Shown here: positions 1 to 13,209 of the stretch, piece by piece
Numbering within the stretch: position 1 is the first letter of the stretch
Layout of the letters: each line of letters opens with the position of its first letter
NCBI GenBank assembly: GCA_030390025.1
Contig: JASTWF010000031.1
Location: 3,224,001-3,288,000 of the forward strand
Source: Squalus acanthias
Taxonomy: Eukaryota
Length of the DNA stretch: 64,000 nucleotides
Direction: 5' to 3'
Notes under the pieces: generated by a model
The model's input: the letters and a program-made list of their open reading frames with translations, nothing else
What the model was told of the DNA's origin: nothing
The model's database searches: none
Made by a program: the position numbers and the translations under genes

Positions 1-330
1 CCCGATGGTCGGGGAGTCCAGAACCCGGGGTCACAGTCTAAGGATAAGAGGTAAGCCATTTAGGACAGAAATGAGGAGGAATTTCTTCACCCAGAGAGTG
101 GTGAACCTGTGGAATTCTCTGCCACAGAAGGCAGTAGAGGCCAATTCATTAAATAGATTCAAGAAGGAGTTGGATATATTTCTTAAGGCTAAAGGTATCA
201 AGGGATATGGGGAGAAAGCAGGGACAGGGTACTGAATTTGGATGATCAGCCATGATCACATTGAATGGCGGAGCAGGCTCAGAGGGGCCGAATGGCCTAC
301 TCCTGCTCCTATCTTCTATGATTCTATGTT
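1..330 (+). mobile_element. CR1-clade LINE, 3' end (ORF2 C-terminus, 3'UTR, microsatellite tail)
   Basis: ORF 5-235 reads RTRGHSLRIRGKPFRTEMRRNFFTQRVVNLWNSLP, typical of the CR1 ORF2 C-terminus. It is followed by the 'ggccgaatggcctactcctgctcctat' 3'UTR and a (ttctatg)n tail. Confidence 0.93.
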
Positions 331-607
331 CAAGCAGTTTCTCAATTGTTTACTTTCTCCTAATATTGAGTAACATGGCAATGTTTCTGTACCACATCCA
401 GAAAAAGCCTGTAAAATGTTTCTTTTTTCCTTATAATAGACTATTAAAAAGCCTTTTACATATATTGTGCTCCAACTACAGTATGATCTTCGATATACAT
501 CAGTATATTTGAAAGTTGATCATACACGTAACATTATTCCAACATTTGCCCTTACAAGCTTAATTTTTTAGAAATAATTTCTTGTACACTTTCCACCACT
601 CCAACAG

Positions 608-746
608 GATGTGCTGAATAACTCTGATCACCGGCCTGTGCTTTTCCTATCCAATTTGGTTGAAGGACTGTACACATTTCGCCTAAAAGTAACTGATGCA
701 AAAGGAGAAAATCATATTGACAGAGCAACATTGGAAGTCAGACCTG
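608..746 (+). CDS. KIAA0319L: KIAA0319-like (AAVR) internal exon, end of the last PKD domain
   Basis: cag|GAT...CCT G|gtgagt, 139 nt. Translates DVLNNSDHRPVLFLSNLVEGLYTFRLKVTDAKGENHIDRATLEVRP, matching recalled human EVLNHSDHHPILFLSNLVEGTYTFHLKVTDAKGESDTDRTTVEVKP. Confidence 0.95.
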
Positions 747-766
747 GTGAGTAGAAATCAGCCTTC

Positions 767-1567
767 AATCCTCCACTGGGCTACAGTGTTTAATCCTCCA
801 CTGGGCTACAGTGTTTAATCCTCCACTGGGCTACAGTGTTTAATCCTCCACTGGGCTACAGTGTTTAATCCTCCACTGGGCTACAGTGTTTAATCCTCCA
901 CTGGGCTACAGTGTTTAATCCTCCACTGGGCTACAGTGTTTAATCCTCCACTGGGCTACAGTGTTTAATCCTCCACTGGGCTACAGTGTTTAATCCTCCA
1001 CTGGGCTACAGTGTTTAATCCTCCACTGGGCTACAGTGTTTAATCCTCCACTGGGCTACAGTGTTTAATCCTCCACTGGGCTACAGCGTTTAATCCTCCA
1101 CTGGGCTACAGCGTTTAATCCTCCACTGGGCTACAGTGTTTAATCCTCCACTGGGCTACAGTGTTTAATCCTCCACTGGGCTACAGTGTTTAATCCTCCA
1201 CTGGGCTACAGTGTTTAATCCTCCACTGGGCTACAGTGTTTAATCCTCCACTGGGCTACAGTGTTTAATCCTCCACTGGGCTACAGTGTTTAATCCTCCA
1301 CTGGGCTACAGTGTTTAATCCTCCACTGGGCTACAGCGTTTAATCCTCCACTGGGCTACAGCGTTTAATCCTCCACTGGGCTACAGCGTTTAATCCTCCA
1401 CTGGGCTACAGCGTTTAATCCTCCACTGGGCTACAGCGTTTAATCCTCCACTGGGCTACAGCGTTTAATCCTCCACTGGGCTACAGCCTTTAATCCTCCA
1501 CTGGGCTACAGCCTTTAATCCTCCACTGGGCTACAGCCTTTAATCCTCCACTGGGCTACAGCGTTTA
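767..1567. repeat. 25-bp minisatellite, about 32 head-to-tail copies
   Basis: Unit AATCCTCCACTGGGCTACAGTGTTT with no spacers; variants ending GCGTTT and GCCTTT. Confidence 0.98.
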
Positions 1568-1814
1568 GTCAAAAGTCTGACATGAAAGTAGGTTTTATTC
1601 ATTTAAAAATGGAAAAACTGCCCAAATTCTGTTGGAAAAGATTGGTCTCCCTTCATAATTTATTAGTTTAAGATCGGATGTAATTTTTATTGGCTTTTTT
1701 TTTTTAACCCTTTCCATTGCCACCATGTCTTTGTAGAAGTATGTTGACCCATACTGGAGATGCTCTTCAAGTGTTTCCCAAATCTTTTCTGAAATGTCCT
1801 TCGAGATATAATAA

Positions 1815-2255
1815 CTAATACTTACATTTATAGAACATCTTGAAGTGTTTCACACATGAATTATTGACTGGAATGCAGTGATTATTGTTATATAGACAAA
1901 CGCAGCAAACGTTGTACATCAGCAACATCCTACAAACACGCAATGAGATGAATGGCCAGTTAATCTGTTGTTTTCTGGGCTTGGTTGAGGGAGGAATGTT
2001 AGCCACTGTAACGGGGAGGATTCCCTGCTGCTGTTCAAGCAGCGTCCTGGGACCTTTAACATCCACTTCTGCCACCAGAGCAGGCAGTCAGGACCCTGGC
2101 TTAACATCTCATTCAAAAGATGGCACCTCCAACAATTTGGAACACCTCGGTCCTACACTTGAGTGACAGCAAGATTGTGCTTGGTCTTGGTGTACTGCTC
2201 AAACCCACAACTACCTGGTCCAGAGGTGAGAGCTAAACCAACTGAGCCAAACTTG
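1815..2255 (-). mobile_element. SacSINE1/DeuSINE-like tRNA-derived SINE, diverged
   Basis: Shares motifs such as 'tttaacatctcattcaaaagatggcacctcc' and 'aatgagatgaatggccag..atctgtt' with the copies at 17535 and 23370. Family name is from memory. Confidence 0.7.
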
Positions 2256-3293
2256 TATTGAGTAGAAAGAAAATTGTTCACCCTCTTCAAGCATCACACA
2301 GGAATCACAGCGGACCCATTTTACACCCCTATATGATGAAATAGACAAGCTAGAAAATTGGACATGCTTCAATTTTATTGTGCTGGAGGGTTCTGAGTTT
2401 TAATTCCTGGAGATGTCTCCTTCCATATAAATTGAATTATGGTTATGACCATAATTCTGAAGAATTGTAAAGAAATGCTGGTAGCCTGGAAACGAAGAAA
2501 TCTCACTGAAGCACTGAGTTTGGCAGTCGATTATAATTCTTTTTTGTATTGCTGCCATAACCAGGGGCAATTTCAGCTTACCAAAGTCAATTCCGTTCCC
2601 GATAAATTGTACCGACCATATGCGTGCCCATGTGTTGACTAGCTATGTCTTTCATTCATTTGTTTTTACTTTCCTTTTTGTGCACAAATCTCTGCTTCAT
2701 TCTGTACCAGTCTTTATGCCATATTGTGCCATACATGTTTGTGCTTTTTTGGCATATTTTTCTATGACATTGGATCTATAAGAATGCGTGTCAATCTAGA
2801 GAGATGATTAATAACTTGGTTTCCAATCACTGAAATCTTGGCTTTTAACTTGAAAATTGAATTGAATGAGAGATAATACAACAATCTGAACTATGCTAAA
2901 TTATTTGCACTCTACTGCGAACTGAGATTCACAATTATCTTTGGCTTGAAGAACAAGAAGTCAGAGTTCATACCAGATGAGTTGTTTTTAAAAAGAACCG
3001 TCAATGTCTCTCAATTCACTCTTAAATCAGTATGTTTTTACACCTGTTTCATGTTCATTTCATTATCATATATGTTAATCAGAGTCCTGCTCTGGTCACA
3101 TATTTTACAACTCTTGGCTGCACAATTTCTGACGCAGCACAGAGCCCTAAATCAAGTTAAATTAGTTTAACTCTATTGTTGTGCGACATGAAAAATTGTT
3201 TAATGGGTTGAGGTAGGGCAAAGCTAGTCTAAATAATAATCAAGGACTTAAAGATTTGACAGTTGAAATAAAAATTTCCTTTTTTGTTTTCAG

Positions 3294-3453
3294 ATCCCAG
3301 AAAGAATGATCTTGTAGAAATTATCCTGGATGTCAGTGTCAGTCAGTTAACTGAGAGACAAAAGGGCATGCTAATCCGGCAAATAGCTGTCCTGCTAGGG
3401 GTCCTTGATTCAGATATTACTGTGCAGAAAATTCAACCTTACACTGAACAGAG
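3294..3453 (+). CDS. KIAA0319L: KIAA0319-like exon
   Basis: ttttcag|AT CCC...CAG AG|gtgagg, 160 nt. (D)PRKNDLVEIILDVSVSQLTERQKGMLIRQIAVLLGVLDSDITVQKIQPYTEQ(S). Phase fits the flanking exons. Confidence 0.96.
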
Positions 3454-3913
3454 GTGAGGAGTTTTGTGTGTGTATGAATGGGGCTGACTGTGCTCGGAAA
3501 ATAATTGTCCATTTTGCATTGAATAACAGCATCACGTGTTCTTGAGCCCAAAGAAAAGCTGGTAATCCTACACCTCTGTCCTATTTGCAAGTGATATTTA
3601 ATTTCCATTTATTGGTATCAACTAGAATGTATAAAGTTCACAATTTTTCTTTAACAATTTTACACTAGCCATTTGTAGTCCACAATTAGAGCATTTTTTT
3701 TGTAACAAAACTGCTTATTGGTATTTTGAACAAACATTCCGATCCTGGTGGCTCTATTCAACATTTGTTGGCTCTCAAAAAAAAAGGTTGTTCAAGTAAA
3801 ATTATTTCTTTACCAAAAAGGTGGTATGGGAGAATTGTGTAAAATATGGCCAGCGCGCAGCTATCGATTATCAGTCACACAATGTCTTCTATTCTGCTCA
3901 TTTATTTTCACAG

Positions 3914-4056
3914 CACACAGATTATCTTTTGTGTAAGGAATACACAAGTACATCAGGTATTGAAGGGACAGGATGTCGCTCGGATTCTGAAGAATAAATT
4001 TCGGAAGCAGAAATCAGACTTTCTAGTTTTCCCGGCTCTCCAAGTTGCTACAGTCA
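3914..4056 (+). CDS. KIAA0319L: KIAA0319-like exon
   Basis: ttcacag|C ACA...GTC A|gtgagt, 143 nt. (S)TQIIFCVRNTQVHQVLKGQDVARILKNKFRKQKSDFLVFPALQVATV, contained in ORF 3846-4064. Confidence 0.94.
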
Positions 4057-7000
4057 GTGAGTGAGAATTAATTATTAAATTTTTTGTACAGATTTGTCAA
4101 AGTAAGATTATTTTGAGTTTTGCATTGAGTTTAGTATATTTTAAAATGAGGAGAGGCATTATCGTGCAGAATATAATATAAACAAGAGTAGTCAAGGTAA
4201 ATATTATTGTTGATGAACTCAAAACTGTTGCATCTTTTTATTATTTTCTGGCCACTTTTGATGAAAAATAAACTGATCCCAGGATCTTAAAAGCAAAAGA
4301 TGAATAAGGTGTTGACAGTACTATTTCTGTGGATGTGGAATTTGCTTTTCAAGTAAATTGTTCTTGGACTGTGCCCCCCTTTTATTTCAAGCATGCATTG
4401 AGAGGTTCTTTTTGAACTCCTGGTTCTTGGGTGCTTGTTATACCTCTACTTTATCAAGAAGGTCAAAGGGTAGAGGCCAGATTGGTAGAAGTCATGGTTT
4501 CTGCCCAATCACAGTCTGACCGTCCCACATAGAGGGCTTTAATTTAGAGATGCAGGGATAATAAACCAGTGGACCCTAGCTGGGACAAGAGGGTGAAAAC
4601 ACTCCATGCAAACCACATTCACTTAAATCCATTCCCATGCAGGTTTTTACCACCTTAATGGAGGAGACTTGCATGTGGAGAGTGATTGCTTTCACTGAAT
4701 ACCACGAGTCTTGTCCATGTATACTTCACATACAGGCTGAGCTCTGCCCACTGGCATCCATATGCCAGTTAAATTAATATTGGCAGAGACACAAATCCAT
4801 CCTCATTGCTATATGCTCCTTGAGTCAAAATATTTTCCTTATATAGCAAATTGTTATCGGGAGAAAAAAAATATTTAAAACTGTCTCTCTGCATTCAAAA
4901 GCCTCCTTTAAAAAAAAAAAAAAAAAAAAATCCCCCTGCCCTGAAATTTCTTTTTTTCCTGTTCAGTATTGTCTCTTCCCCTTGTGAAATGCTTTGAAAC
5001 AGAAGGAGCTCTATATAAGCGAATGCTGCTAATATATTTGTTGTTCTTCTGGAGTAAAACCTTCAGATATTTGGGAATGACCGCTCTGATCATTCACTAT
5101 CGTGTTACCTTTACATAATAGGTCACTGTAATAGCAATGTTCTGATAATGATGGTGACTCTTTGGTGAATATTCCTCCAGTGCCATCATTATGGCTTCAT
5201 TGCACTGTCCACTAATGTAAATGTGAAGCACAGCACTCGTTTGAAATGGAATTCATACTTGTTTTACTTGGTTCTTGCTCTATAGATTTTCTAGAGTCCG
5301 TTTGGTATATTGGTACTCCTCAGCACATTGCAGACATGCTCCAGGGAATTACAGACTGGGAGGAGGCACTGCCTGTTTTAATGCAACAGATGATATTGCA
5401 TGCCTAATGATTTGCTATTTAGCAACTGCCTATTTTAATTCCAATTGCCACCTAAAGATTCATGAATATATTGGATAGAAGTATTGTAGGTATACTAAGG
5501 CTAGGATAGCAGATGTCTAATTCGGTGAATGCTGTTATACTAGTATGCAATATGGAACAGTACCAGACCTTTACCGGTCATGGAATTATCCCAGCTATGA
5601 AGCTGGTGTCAGGCTCCTCTACATTTTTTTTTTACAGTAGCCTTTAACGGGGCCAGTATTTGACTTGTACCAGGTTCTTTCTTAAAAAGAAAATCAGAAT
5701 GGACTGGATTGATACATTTTGTTACTAGTCTAACTTTCTTTTTAAAAGATTTCACAAACCTGCATGCACATTATCTCTAATGGTGGTATGGTGGCTATAG
5801 CCAATAACTTTTACAGATGCTTGATGGTATGGCTTTAGCATGTATACAGTATTGTGCTTGCGTTGCAAATGAATAGAGCAGAATGTATTTTATAATCCAT
5901 ATATTTGCTCTGCTAGTTATCGAAAAGAAAAACGGGCTTGACCGGTCTAGCCTTGTCATGACCGAAGAGTGTTTGCTATTTTTTTTTTTAAGTTGGGCAA
6001 GCCAATCCTGTTCAAAGCCAACCAGAAAGAATCCTGATTTTTCCTTTTATTTAAAAAAAAACTGCTCAAATTTAAATACTTTCAAAAATTAAAACCATTC
6101 AATCGACTTCCATTAAAGTTTGTGAAAGAATCCTGCCTTTCAATAAGATTCTGTGCTTTGAACAATTCAAGCATTAATTTTTCAGGTCAGGTTATTCTAG
6201 ATGTCCACATCTACTGATCACGTTAACAGTGATGCTGTCGCATATTTCTTATCCTCACAGCTCATATCGTTTAGTTCTTGCAGAGAACTATTTCAGTCTA
6301 CAGTATATCAACATAAATTGTGTCAAAACAATAAAAAATATCTGGTAGCATTTAAAGACTGTACAAAATATCTTTGAGAAGACTGGAGTATTTTTTAAAA
6401 CTTTCCTTGAACTTGTTGTAGGTGGAAGTTGTTTGCTGTCCATTATGGCCACCATACTGCTTTTCCCAGCTTGGTGTGAGAATGAGAATTCATTAGCTCT
6501 TCTCAGTAAGTCACGAAGAGTTGCCTTTTATGGGGCAGAACCTGATTCTCCCTTTTTTCTTCCTCATATAAAATTCTTTGCTGCCATGCATCGATTCACC
6601 TATTAATTTGACTATTTCTTATTCCTCTTGTCAGAATGCTGTGTGCTCTGCCGTCATCTGTTTGCTGCTAAGAATTACAGGTGAATGTGAATCTAGGAAC
6701 TCGTACTCACTTGCATAATTCTCACTTAAGTATTGAACTGAATTACATAGGAACTACCAATCCTCAGTGAAATTATTTTTTTTTTATCAAGAAAAAGGTG
6801 TTATGGTAGCACAAGTAGCTTAACGAAGTGAGCACAGGGTCCTGTGGCCTGAGGGATAAGAAACCATCAAGAAACATTAACAGGAATTCACATGCTTACA
6901 GAAGAAAAACATTTTATAGGTTCTCTGATATTTGTTTGCAACTGGGAAAAAAAATAACTCGCTAGGCATTAGAGTTTAAAAGCATGTTTTTACAGCTAAC

Positions 7001-7058
7001 CATTACTAACCTGCTCTGTTCCCCTCCCTTCTTCTATTCTGCTGTCTCCTGATTAAAG

Positions 7059-7181
7059 TCTGTCAGTTGAATTGCTCAGACCATGGTCGGTGTGATTCTT
7101 TCAATAAGCGTTGCATCTGTGACCCATTCTGGATGGAGAACTTCATTCGAGTTCAGCTGGGAGATGGAGAAAGCAACTGTG
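7059..7181 (+). CDS. KIAA0319L: KIAA0319-like exon, Cys-rich (C6/EGF-like) juxtamembrane domain
   Basis: taaag|TC TGT...TGT G|gtaagt, 123 nt. (I)CQLNCSDHGRCDSFNKRCICDPFWMENFIRVQLGDGESNC, six cysteines. Confidence 0.96.
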
Positions 7182-8190
7182 GTAAGTTGGAGAAAAACAT
7201 TCATTAAACAGGATCGAATTGCCAGTTTGAACTAAATCTGAACAGAACAAAATATGTATAGTTGTTTATTGGGGATGGGGCACATATCAAAAGACTGTGT
7301 ACAGAAGAATTTGTGTACTTTATGTACATGTGTATAAGCCGACCCATGTAGAAGATGATTTCTCTGCTTTGTAGCCAAAAAAACTTTGAAAAATATCTAT
7401 AACCTAAAGTATAAATATGTGATGGCTCAACAATCACTACAGTAATAAATAGTTAAATAGATTTTAAAAATATTTGGGATAGTAGCAGACATGCTTAAGC
7501 ATAAAATCAGCCAGTCAGCAATCACTGCCTTTTCAAACTTTATTAATTAAATGCATAGAATTGTACTCTTGTGAAATAGTTTTTTTAATTTTATAAGCAC
7601 ATTCGCTTTCTATCATTGGTATAAATGTATTCAGTCTGTTTGCAGCCTAATTGCAAGCAGTCGTTTTGTGGCCCTTCTGTTTCCACTGAGATTTTGTTGT
7701 TTTTATATATAGCGCAACTACCTCCAATATTTTGCCAAAGGGTTAAGGGATTTAGATCAATCTGACTAGGTACTGTACAAATTGACACCAGTGATATAAA
7801 GCACATACAATTCATTGGCTGACGTCATTGGAACTGATTTACTTCACTATTTTACTGAACAATTAAGTACCCCGAGAGTTAACTTGGCTTCAAAAATACT
7901 CCAATATAGTGACTTGCCTTGTAAATTATGTATACCGTCTTGGATTATTAATATCTCCTTGTTAAATTATTAGTTTTGATAAATAGAACTCAAACATATA
8001 ATAACAAGCTTTTAGAAAAACAAAACAATATTTTTCAGTTGACGTCTACTTTCTAGTCACCACAGTGGGGTTAGTCAACTGGTGTTCATGGATCATATCA
8101 TGTGGTATACATAGCGCTAACTGAACCAAATTCTTTTCCATGTGTAAAGCTACTAAGAATTTGCCTTCCTGGCTCTTTTTTTGCCTCTAG

Positions 8191-8281
8191 AATGGAGCGT
8201 GCTCTATGTTGTTATAGCTGCATTTGTCATACTGGTCTCCATTGGAATTCTAGTTTGGATGGTCCTCTGCTTCTGTAAAAG
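8191..8281 (+). CDS. KIAA0319L: KIAA0319-like exon, transmembrane helix
   Basis: ctctag|AA TGG...AAA AG|gtaagg, 91 nt. (E)WSVLYVVIAAFVILVSIGILVWMVLCFCK(R). Confidence 0.96.
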
Positions 8282-9926
8282 GTAAGGATCAGGAAACCTC
8301 CACAAATCTAAATTGGCTCTTTTTCACATCTTCTCCTCAAGACTTCCTCACAGCCCCCTACTGTTGCAAAGCAATTAACCTGTCCTCTTTCCCACAACAT
8401 TGATGCCAGTGTCCTTCCAAGCTCATCTACGAAAATGCATGCTTTCTGTAAGGCAAGATGAACCACTCCCTGATGCTCCACAAAAAAAAGAGAGGTTTTG
8501 CTTTGTTAACTGAACTTAGTTAAACTCCTATCACCTTTTTATTTGTGTGAGCTCTTCATGGCAAGACATGATGTTGCTGTTAGAAACAGAAGGAGGTCAT
8601 TTGCCCCTTGAGTCTGTTCCGCCATTCAGTTAAATGCCAAATTTTCCACAGTCTGAGCGAGCAGCTGGGGAGGGAACGGGGGGTGGAATCAGTGGCAGGG
8701 GAATGGAGTTTGTATCAGGGGCCAAAAATAATAGTTCAGTATTTTCCTGAAGCTTTAGACCCAGAGGTAGTGATTTATTTTCTGTAGGGGCCAGGGGAGA
8801 ATTTTGGTGCTCATCAATTTGAGAGGAGTGCTGGGAAGTGCAACATCCTTCTGCTTTTGCCACCTAGATTGAGCATCAGAATTTGCAGTACCACAAAGTT
8901 TCTTCTGGTGGTGCTGCTAAGCTCCTGCTGTTCACTGCAAGAAATGAATTCTTGGATATCTCCAATTCATTCATAATGTATTGTAAACGGCTGAATTTAA
9001 CTCGGGCTGCCAGTGTGGGTGGTGCATAGAGTTCATCTTGATTTAATGTTTGTCTTTCAGACAAGGATAAAGAGATCAGATCCTGAGAAATGGTTGAGTG
9101 CATTAACAAGTGATTGGCCCAGAATCAGAATATATTCCTACCCCTTTCAATGCTTTGGTGCTACTTAGGTTTTCCCACATACTGCATCCTAATACTAACC
9201 CAGCCATTTAAGTGTCATTGTACAGAATAAAGGTTTGAACATTCATTCTCCCTCTTTCACTTTGAAGCACTATAGACCAACTGGAGAATCATCAGTGTAG
9301 AACGTGCAACGGGGCAGAAGCTGGGAAGAGCAGGGGCCTGGGACTGATGCCAAAGAAAATGCGACGACCAGGGCTGAGGCCAGTAATCCACTAGATCACT
9401 TGGGGAGGAGTTAGCTGGATGTGTGATGCACGGAAATTCATTACCATACTTAAAAGTCCCCAGTGAAGTTTCTGTTTGCCTGATATGAATTGCACATTTT
9501 TTTCCCCGTAATGACACAACCCACTTACCTCATTGCAGAGAGATTAGCCTTTTCTGTTACTAACCTGTGCCTTAAGGACATGATGTGTGCACAGGGGTAC
9601 TATAATAGTTTAACCTGTTAAAACCGCACAGCTTACAAGCACTTTTTGTCCAACAGGACCATCCAACTCCACTGATAGGTGTATCCCTCGAGGCTCTTGT
9701 AATGAGCCAAACTGGCTGGTCAATCATTAACAGAACTGTAGACTAAAGTGGACCTTCCTGACTCTGGTATCGGATTCTGATTGTACCACGATTGATTGAC
9801 TAACAATCTTCCATCTCCGGACACGACCTCATCTCCGCCCCAAAGAGACCCTACCATATTTGTTTTTTGTTATAAAATACGGGAGGGGGGGGGGGGGGAA
9901 TGAAGCTTCACTTAATAAAATGTAAG

Positions 9927-10716
9927 TTTTTTCTTCTTCGTTTTTGGGATGTGAGCGTCGCTGGCAAAGCCAGCATTTATTGCCCATCCCTAATTGCCCT
10001 CGAAGGTGGTGGTGAGCCGCCTTCTTGAACCGCTGCAGTCCGTGTGGTGAAGGTACTCCCACAGTGCTGTTAGGTAGGGAGTTCCAGGATTTTGACCCAG
10101 CGACAATGAAGGAACGGCGATATACTTCTAAGTCAGGATGGTGTGTGACTTGGAGGGGAACTTGCAGGTGGTGGTGTTCCCTTGCGCCTGCTGCCCTTGT
10201 CCTTCTAGGTGGCAACGGTCGCGGATTTGGGAGGTGCTGCCGAAGAAGCCTTGGCGAGTTGCTGCAGTGCATCTTGTAGATGGTACACACTGCAGCCACG
10301 GTACACCGGTGGTGGAGGGAGTGAATGTTTAAGGTGGTGGATGGGGTGCCAATCAAGCGGGCTGCTTTGTCCTGGATGGCGTCGAGCTTCTTGAGTGTTG
10401 TTGGAGCTGCACTCATCCAGGCAAGTGGAGAGTATTCCATCACACTCCTTACTTGTGCCTTGTAGATGGTGGAAAGGCTTTGGGGAGTCAGGAGGTGAGA
10501 CATTCGCCGCAGAATACCTAGCCTCTGACCTGCTCTTGTTGCCACAGTATTTATGTGGCTGGTCCAGTTAAGTTGCTGGTCAATGGTGACCCCCAGGATG
10601 TTGATGGTGTGGGATTTGGTGATCGTAATGCCATTGAATGTCAAGGGGAGGTGGTTAGACTTTCGGTTGTTGGAGATAGTCATTGCCTGGCACTTCTGTG
10701 GCACGAATGTTACCTG
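9927..10716 (-). mobile_element. 5'-truncated non-LTR retrotransposon (CR1/L2 group), ORF2 C-terminal region
   Basis: ORF 9829-10704(-) contains KCQAMTIS...ILGVTIDQQLNWTSHI...YKAQVRSVMEYSPLAW...SWNSLP. A near-identical shorter copy lies at 40431-40802. Confidence 0.9.
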
Positions 10717-10859
10717 CCACGTAAACTATTAAGCTTTGGAGTGAAGTGGGGGAGAAATATCACCCATATGCATACATTATCAATCTGTTAATCTTATTTC
10801 TTTTATAGTATACTGGTACACACCTCTAATTGTCTAAATATTCTGAATTGTTGTTTCAG

Positions 10860-10954
10860 ACGCAAAGGAAAACCTAGAAGAAAAAGCAGATACAAAATAC
10901 TAGATGCTACAGATGATCACGAAAGTCTGGAATTGAAGTCTAGCTCCAAGCCAG
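10860..10954 (+). CDS. KIAA0319L: KIAA0319-like exon, cytoplasmic tail part 1
   Basis: tttcag|A CGC...CCA G|gtattg, 95 nt. (R)RKGKPRRKSRYKILDATDDHESLELKSSSKP, with a YKIL YxxPhi motif. Confidence 0.95.
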
Positions 10955-11374
10955 GTATTGGGATGAGAAAGAAACATTGAAGCTGTGACTTTTGGGGATT
11001 CATTGTCTCTCCTCTTTTCCTCTCCAGTTTCCCTGCATCACTTGGCATCCTCTGTGACAGGAACAGGATGCCTTCCTGCTCTGTCTTCCACCAAAGCCAT
11101 TCTATAGCAGGAACCCACCACGTGGGAAATTGCCACCAAGATCTTTTCTCCTCTCTCTGAATGGAATTCCAATGCATACAGACAAGAAGCATTTTACTCT
11201 TGCAAAGCTATAGAAATTATGCTGATAAATTGATTCTGCCTCTCATTAACATAATGACATAACATGAGTGTTGTGATATGTCTTGTTTTACTGAGCCCCA
11301 GTGCGATCTCAAACCATGTACATGAGTCCGATCTCAGTGGAACTGACCCGAGTTTCCATTGCAGAGTAAATTTT

Positions 11375-11618
11375 GTGAGGCTCTGCTTCTAATGCGGAGC
11401 CTCGCTCAATAGGAGCTCAGATCAGAGAATCTGCCACAGAGGTCAGTGTGCCTCGTTCATGGCATTCCTGATTTTCTAGTCATTAAAATTAATCAGTGGA
11501 AAATTCTGAGCACCACGAATCTGGTATGCTGCCCCCCCCCCCCCCCCCCCCCCCCCGTGCCCAGTTCTCCAATCTGCACTTTGTCGAGCGAGACTCATTT
11601 ATGGGAGCAGAGCCTCAC
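11375..11618. repeat. Imperfect ~62-bp inverted repeat (foldback remnant) enclosing a C25 run
   Basis: 11375-11437 (gtgaggctctgcttc...ctcgctc...cagatcagagaa) is the approximate reverse complement of 11557-11618. Poly-C at 11532-11556. Confidence 0.8.
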
Positions 11619-13209
11619 TGTTATCACTTATTTGCTCACTGTCCTTTCGTCGCTCCTATCTTCAGTTCAACTTTAGCCCAGACTGTGACATTAAAAGTCT
11701 CTTCTGCGCTAATTGTAAAAATGCGAAGTGATAATCAGGCTTGAGATTCTGAAACAAATTCCTGATGGATGTAGGTCTGCAGCATAAATTGCCATCCTCA
11801 AAGAGGCAAGAATGATAGCTGGAAATGAGAAATGGAAATGTCACCATGTAGAGGCACTCTTCTGAAATTAGGGCAAGGCACATTGTTGGGATAGAATAAA
11901 GGGAGATTTACTCTGCATCTGTCCTTACCAGCACAGATGTGCTTGTTGCTGACCATCTGCACAATTATCCCTCGTCTTGATGACAGCGACATTAAAAGCT
12001 TTCAATTATAAAAAGATTTTTAATTGTGCACTGCAACTTTTACACCTGCAGAGAGTGCTGTCTGTTTTTAGTGTAACTCTACAGTATGAATGTTTGGGGA
12101 AGGGAAGAGAAGATCTGGAATATAGATATCAGCTTGCAACTCTCAGCTGGCTGTTTTAGCTGGCTAGCAGGAGCAGCATCTTTCATCCAGTTCATAAAGC
12201 TTGTAGTGCAGATCAAAAAATATTGGATTGGTGTAGACAGTGGGTTTGTTCCATTCAGTTTCTTTGGACACTATGGGCTCGATTTTTGTCATTGGGGCGG
12301 GCTGGGGTCGTGTTAGCCACCCGACTCCAATTGGATGTGGGAGAATTATGTGATTTTCCCCTAATTGGGCAATTGAGTTCCAGCATGTGGGAACCCATGA
12401 CCCAATTAGTTTTTTCAGTCTGAAAGTTGCCTCTGATGATGTCATCATTGCTGCTGCATTTAAGGTCTGCAAAGACTGCCAACCTTTTGGCCTTTGCTGT
12501 GAGAGGGAGTTGGAGGCAGAATGAGCAGCAGGAGACCTAAGTCTGCTCCCAGATTTGCTTTTTTTACCACCACCACCATTACCTTAACTATTAAATATTA
12601 TACTAATCAATCTACTATGGTGTTACGTGGGAACCAAGACCAAGTGTAGTCTTCCCAGGGTTAGAGACCGGGTGATGTTTGGACCAGAGCATGCAGATAT
12701 CATTTAGTCCCCATTTAAAAGTTATACATTCTGTCCTTATTTTTAAATGGATAAGTGTACAGAAACAATAGCACATTGCAGATTTTCAGTTCTTAAAGGC
12801 TTGACTATCCTTCCTCGCATCTTCGGTACTAAACTACAACGTCAAACTAAACTGGACATAGGTCGCAGAATATTATCTTTGGTGTATTTTTGCTGACTGT
12901 CCATGGAGTTCTGGCCTAACTATCTCTCTAATGGCTTCAGATGAACTACTCCATTGCAACAAGGCAGACCAAGATACAGGTCTGGAAAATCCTTCCTGCT
13001 CTTACCCAAATCTCAGGGACAGGGTCATTTGCATATACAGGATGGGTGTCTGGCGTCTGCAAGGATGCTTTAGCAGCAGCTTCCTCAGTCTGAGCCAGGT
13101 CACCCTTCTGAGGGGGAGCAGTGCCTTGCCACTCTGCCTGAGGTCCCATGAGGCCCAAATCAGCCCAGTTTGAAAAAAAATTCGAGGACTAAAGAATTAT
13201 TTTACTAAC

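Noticed and set aside
767-1567. CRISPR-like array
   Set aside because: Units are contiguous with no unique spacers, there are no cas genes and the context is a vertebrate intron. It is a minisatellite.
9810-9829. Similar word 'tccatctc.gg..cgac' near both copies of one LINE family (also about 40414-40430), suggesting target specificity
   Set aside because: Short and gapped, and at different distances from the LINE tails (about 100 bp versus adjacent). Compatible with chance.
9829-10704. 291-aa ORF as a host gene or active retroelement
   Set aside because: It is a 5'-truncated LINE ORF2 C-terminus lacking the RT core, and it reads through into flanking DNA.
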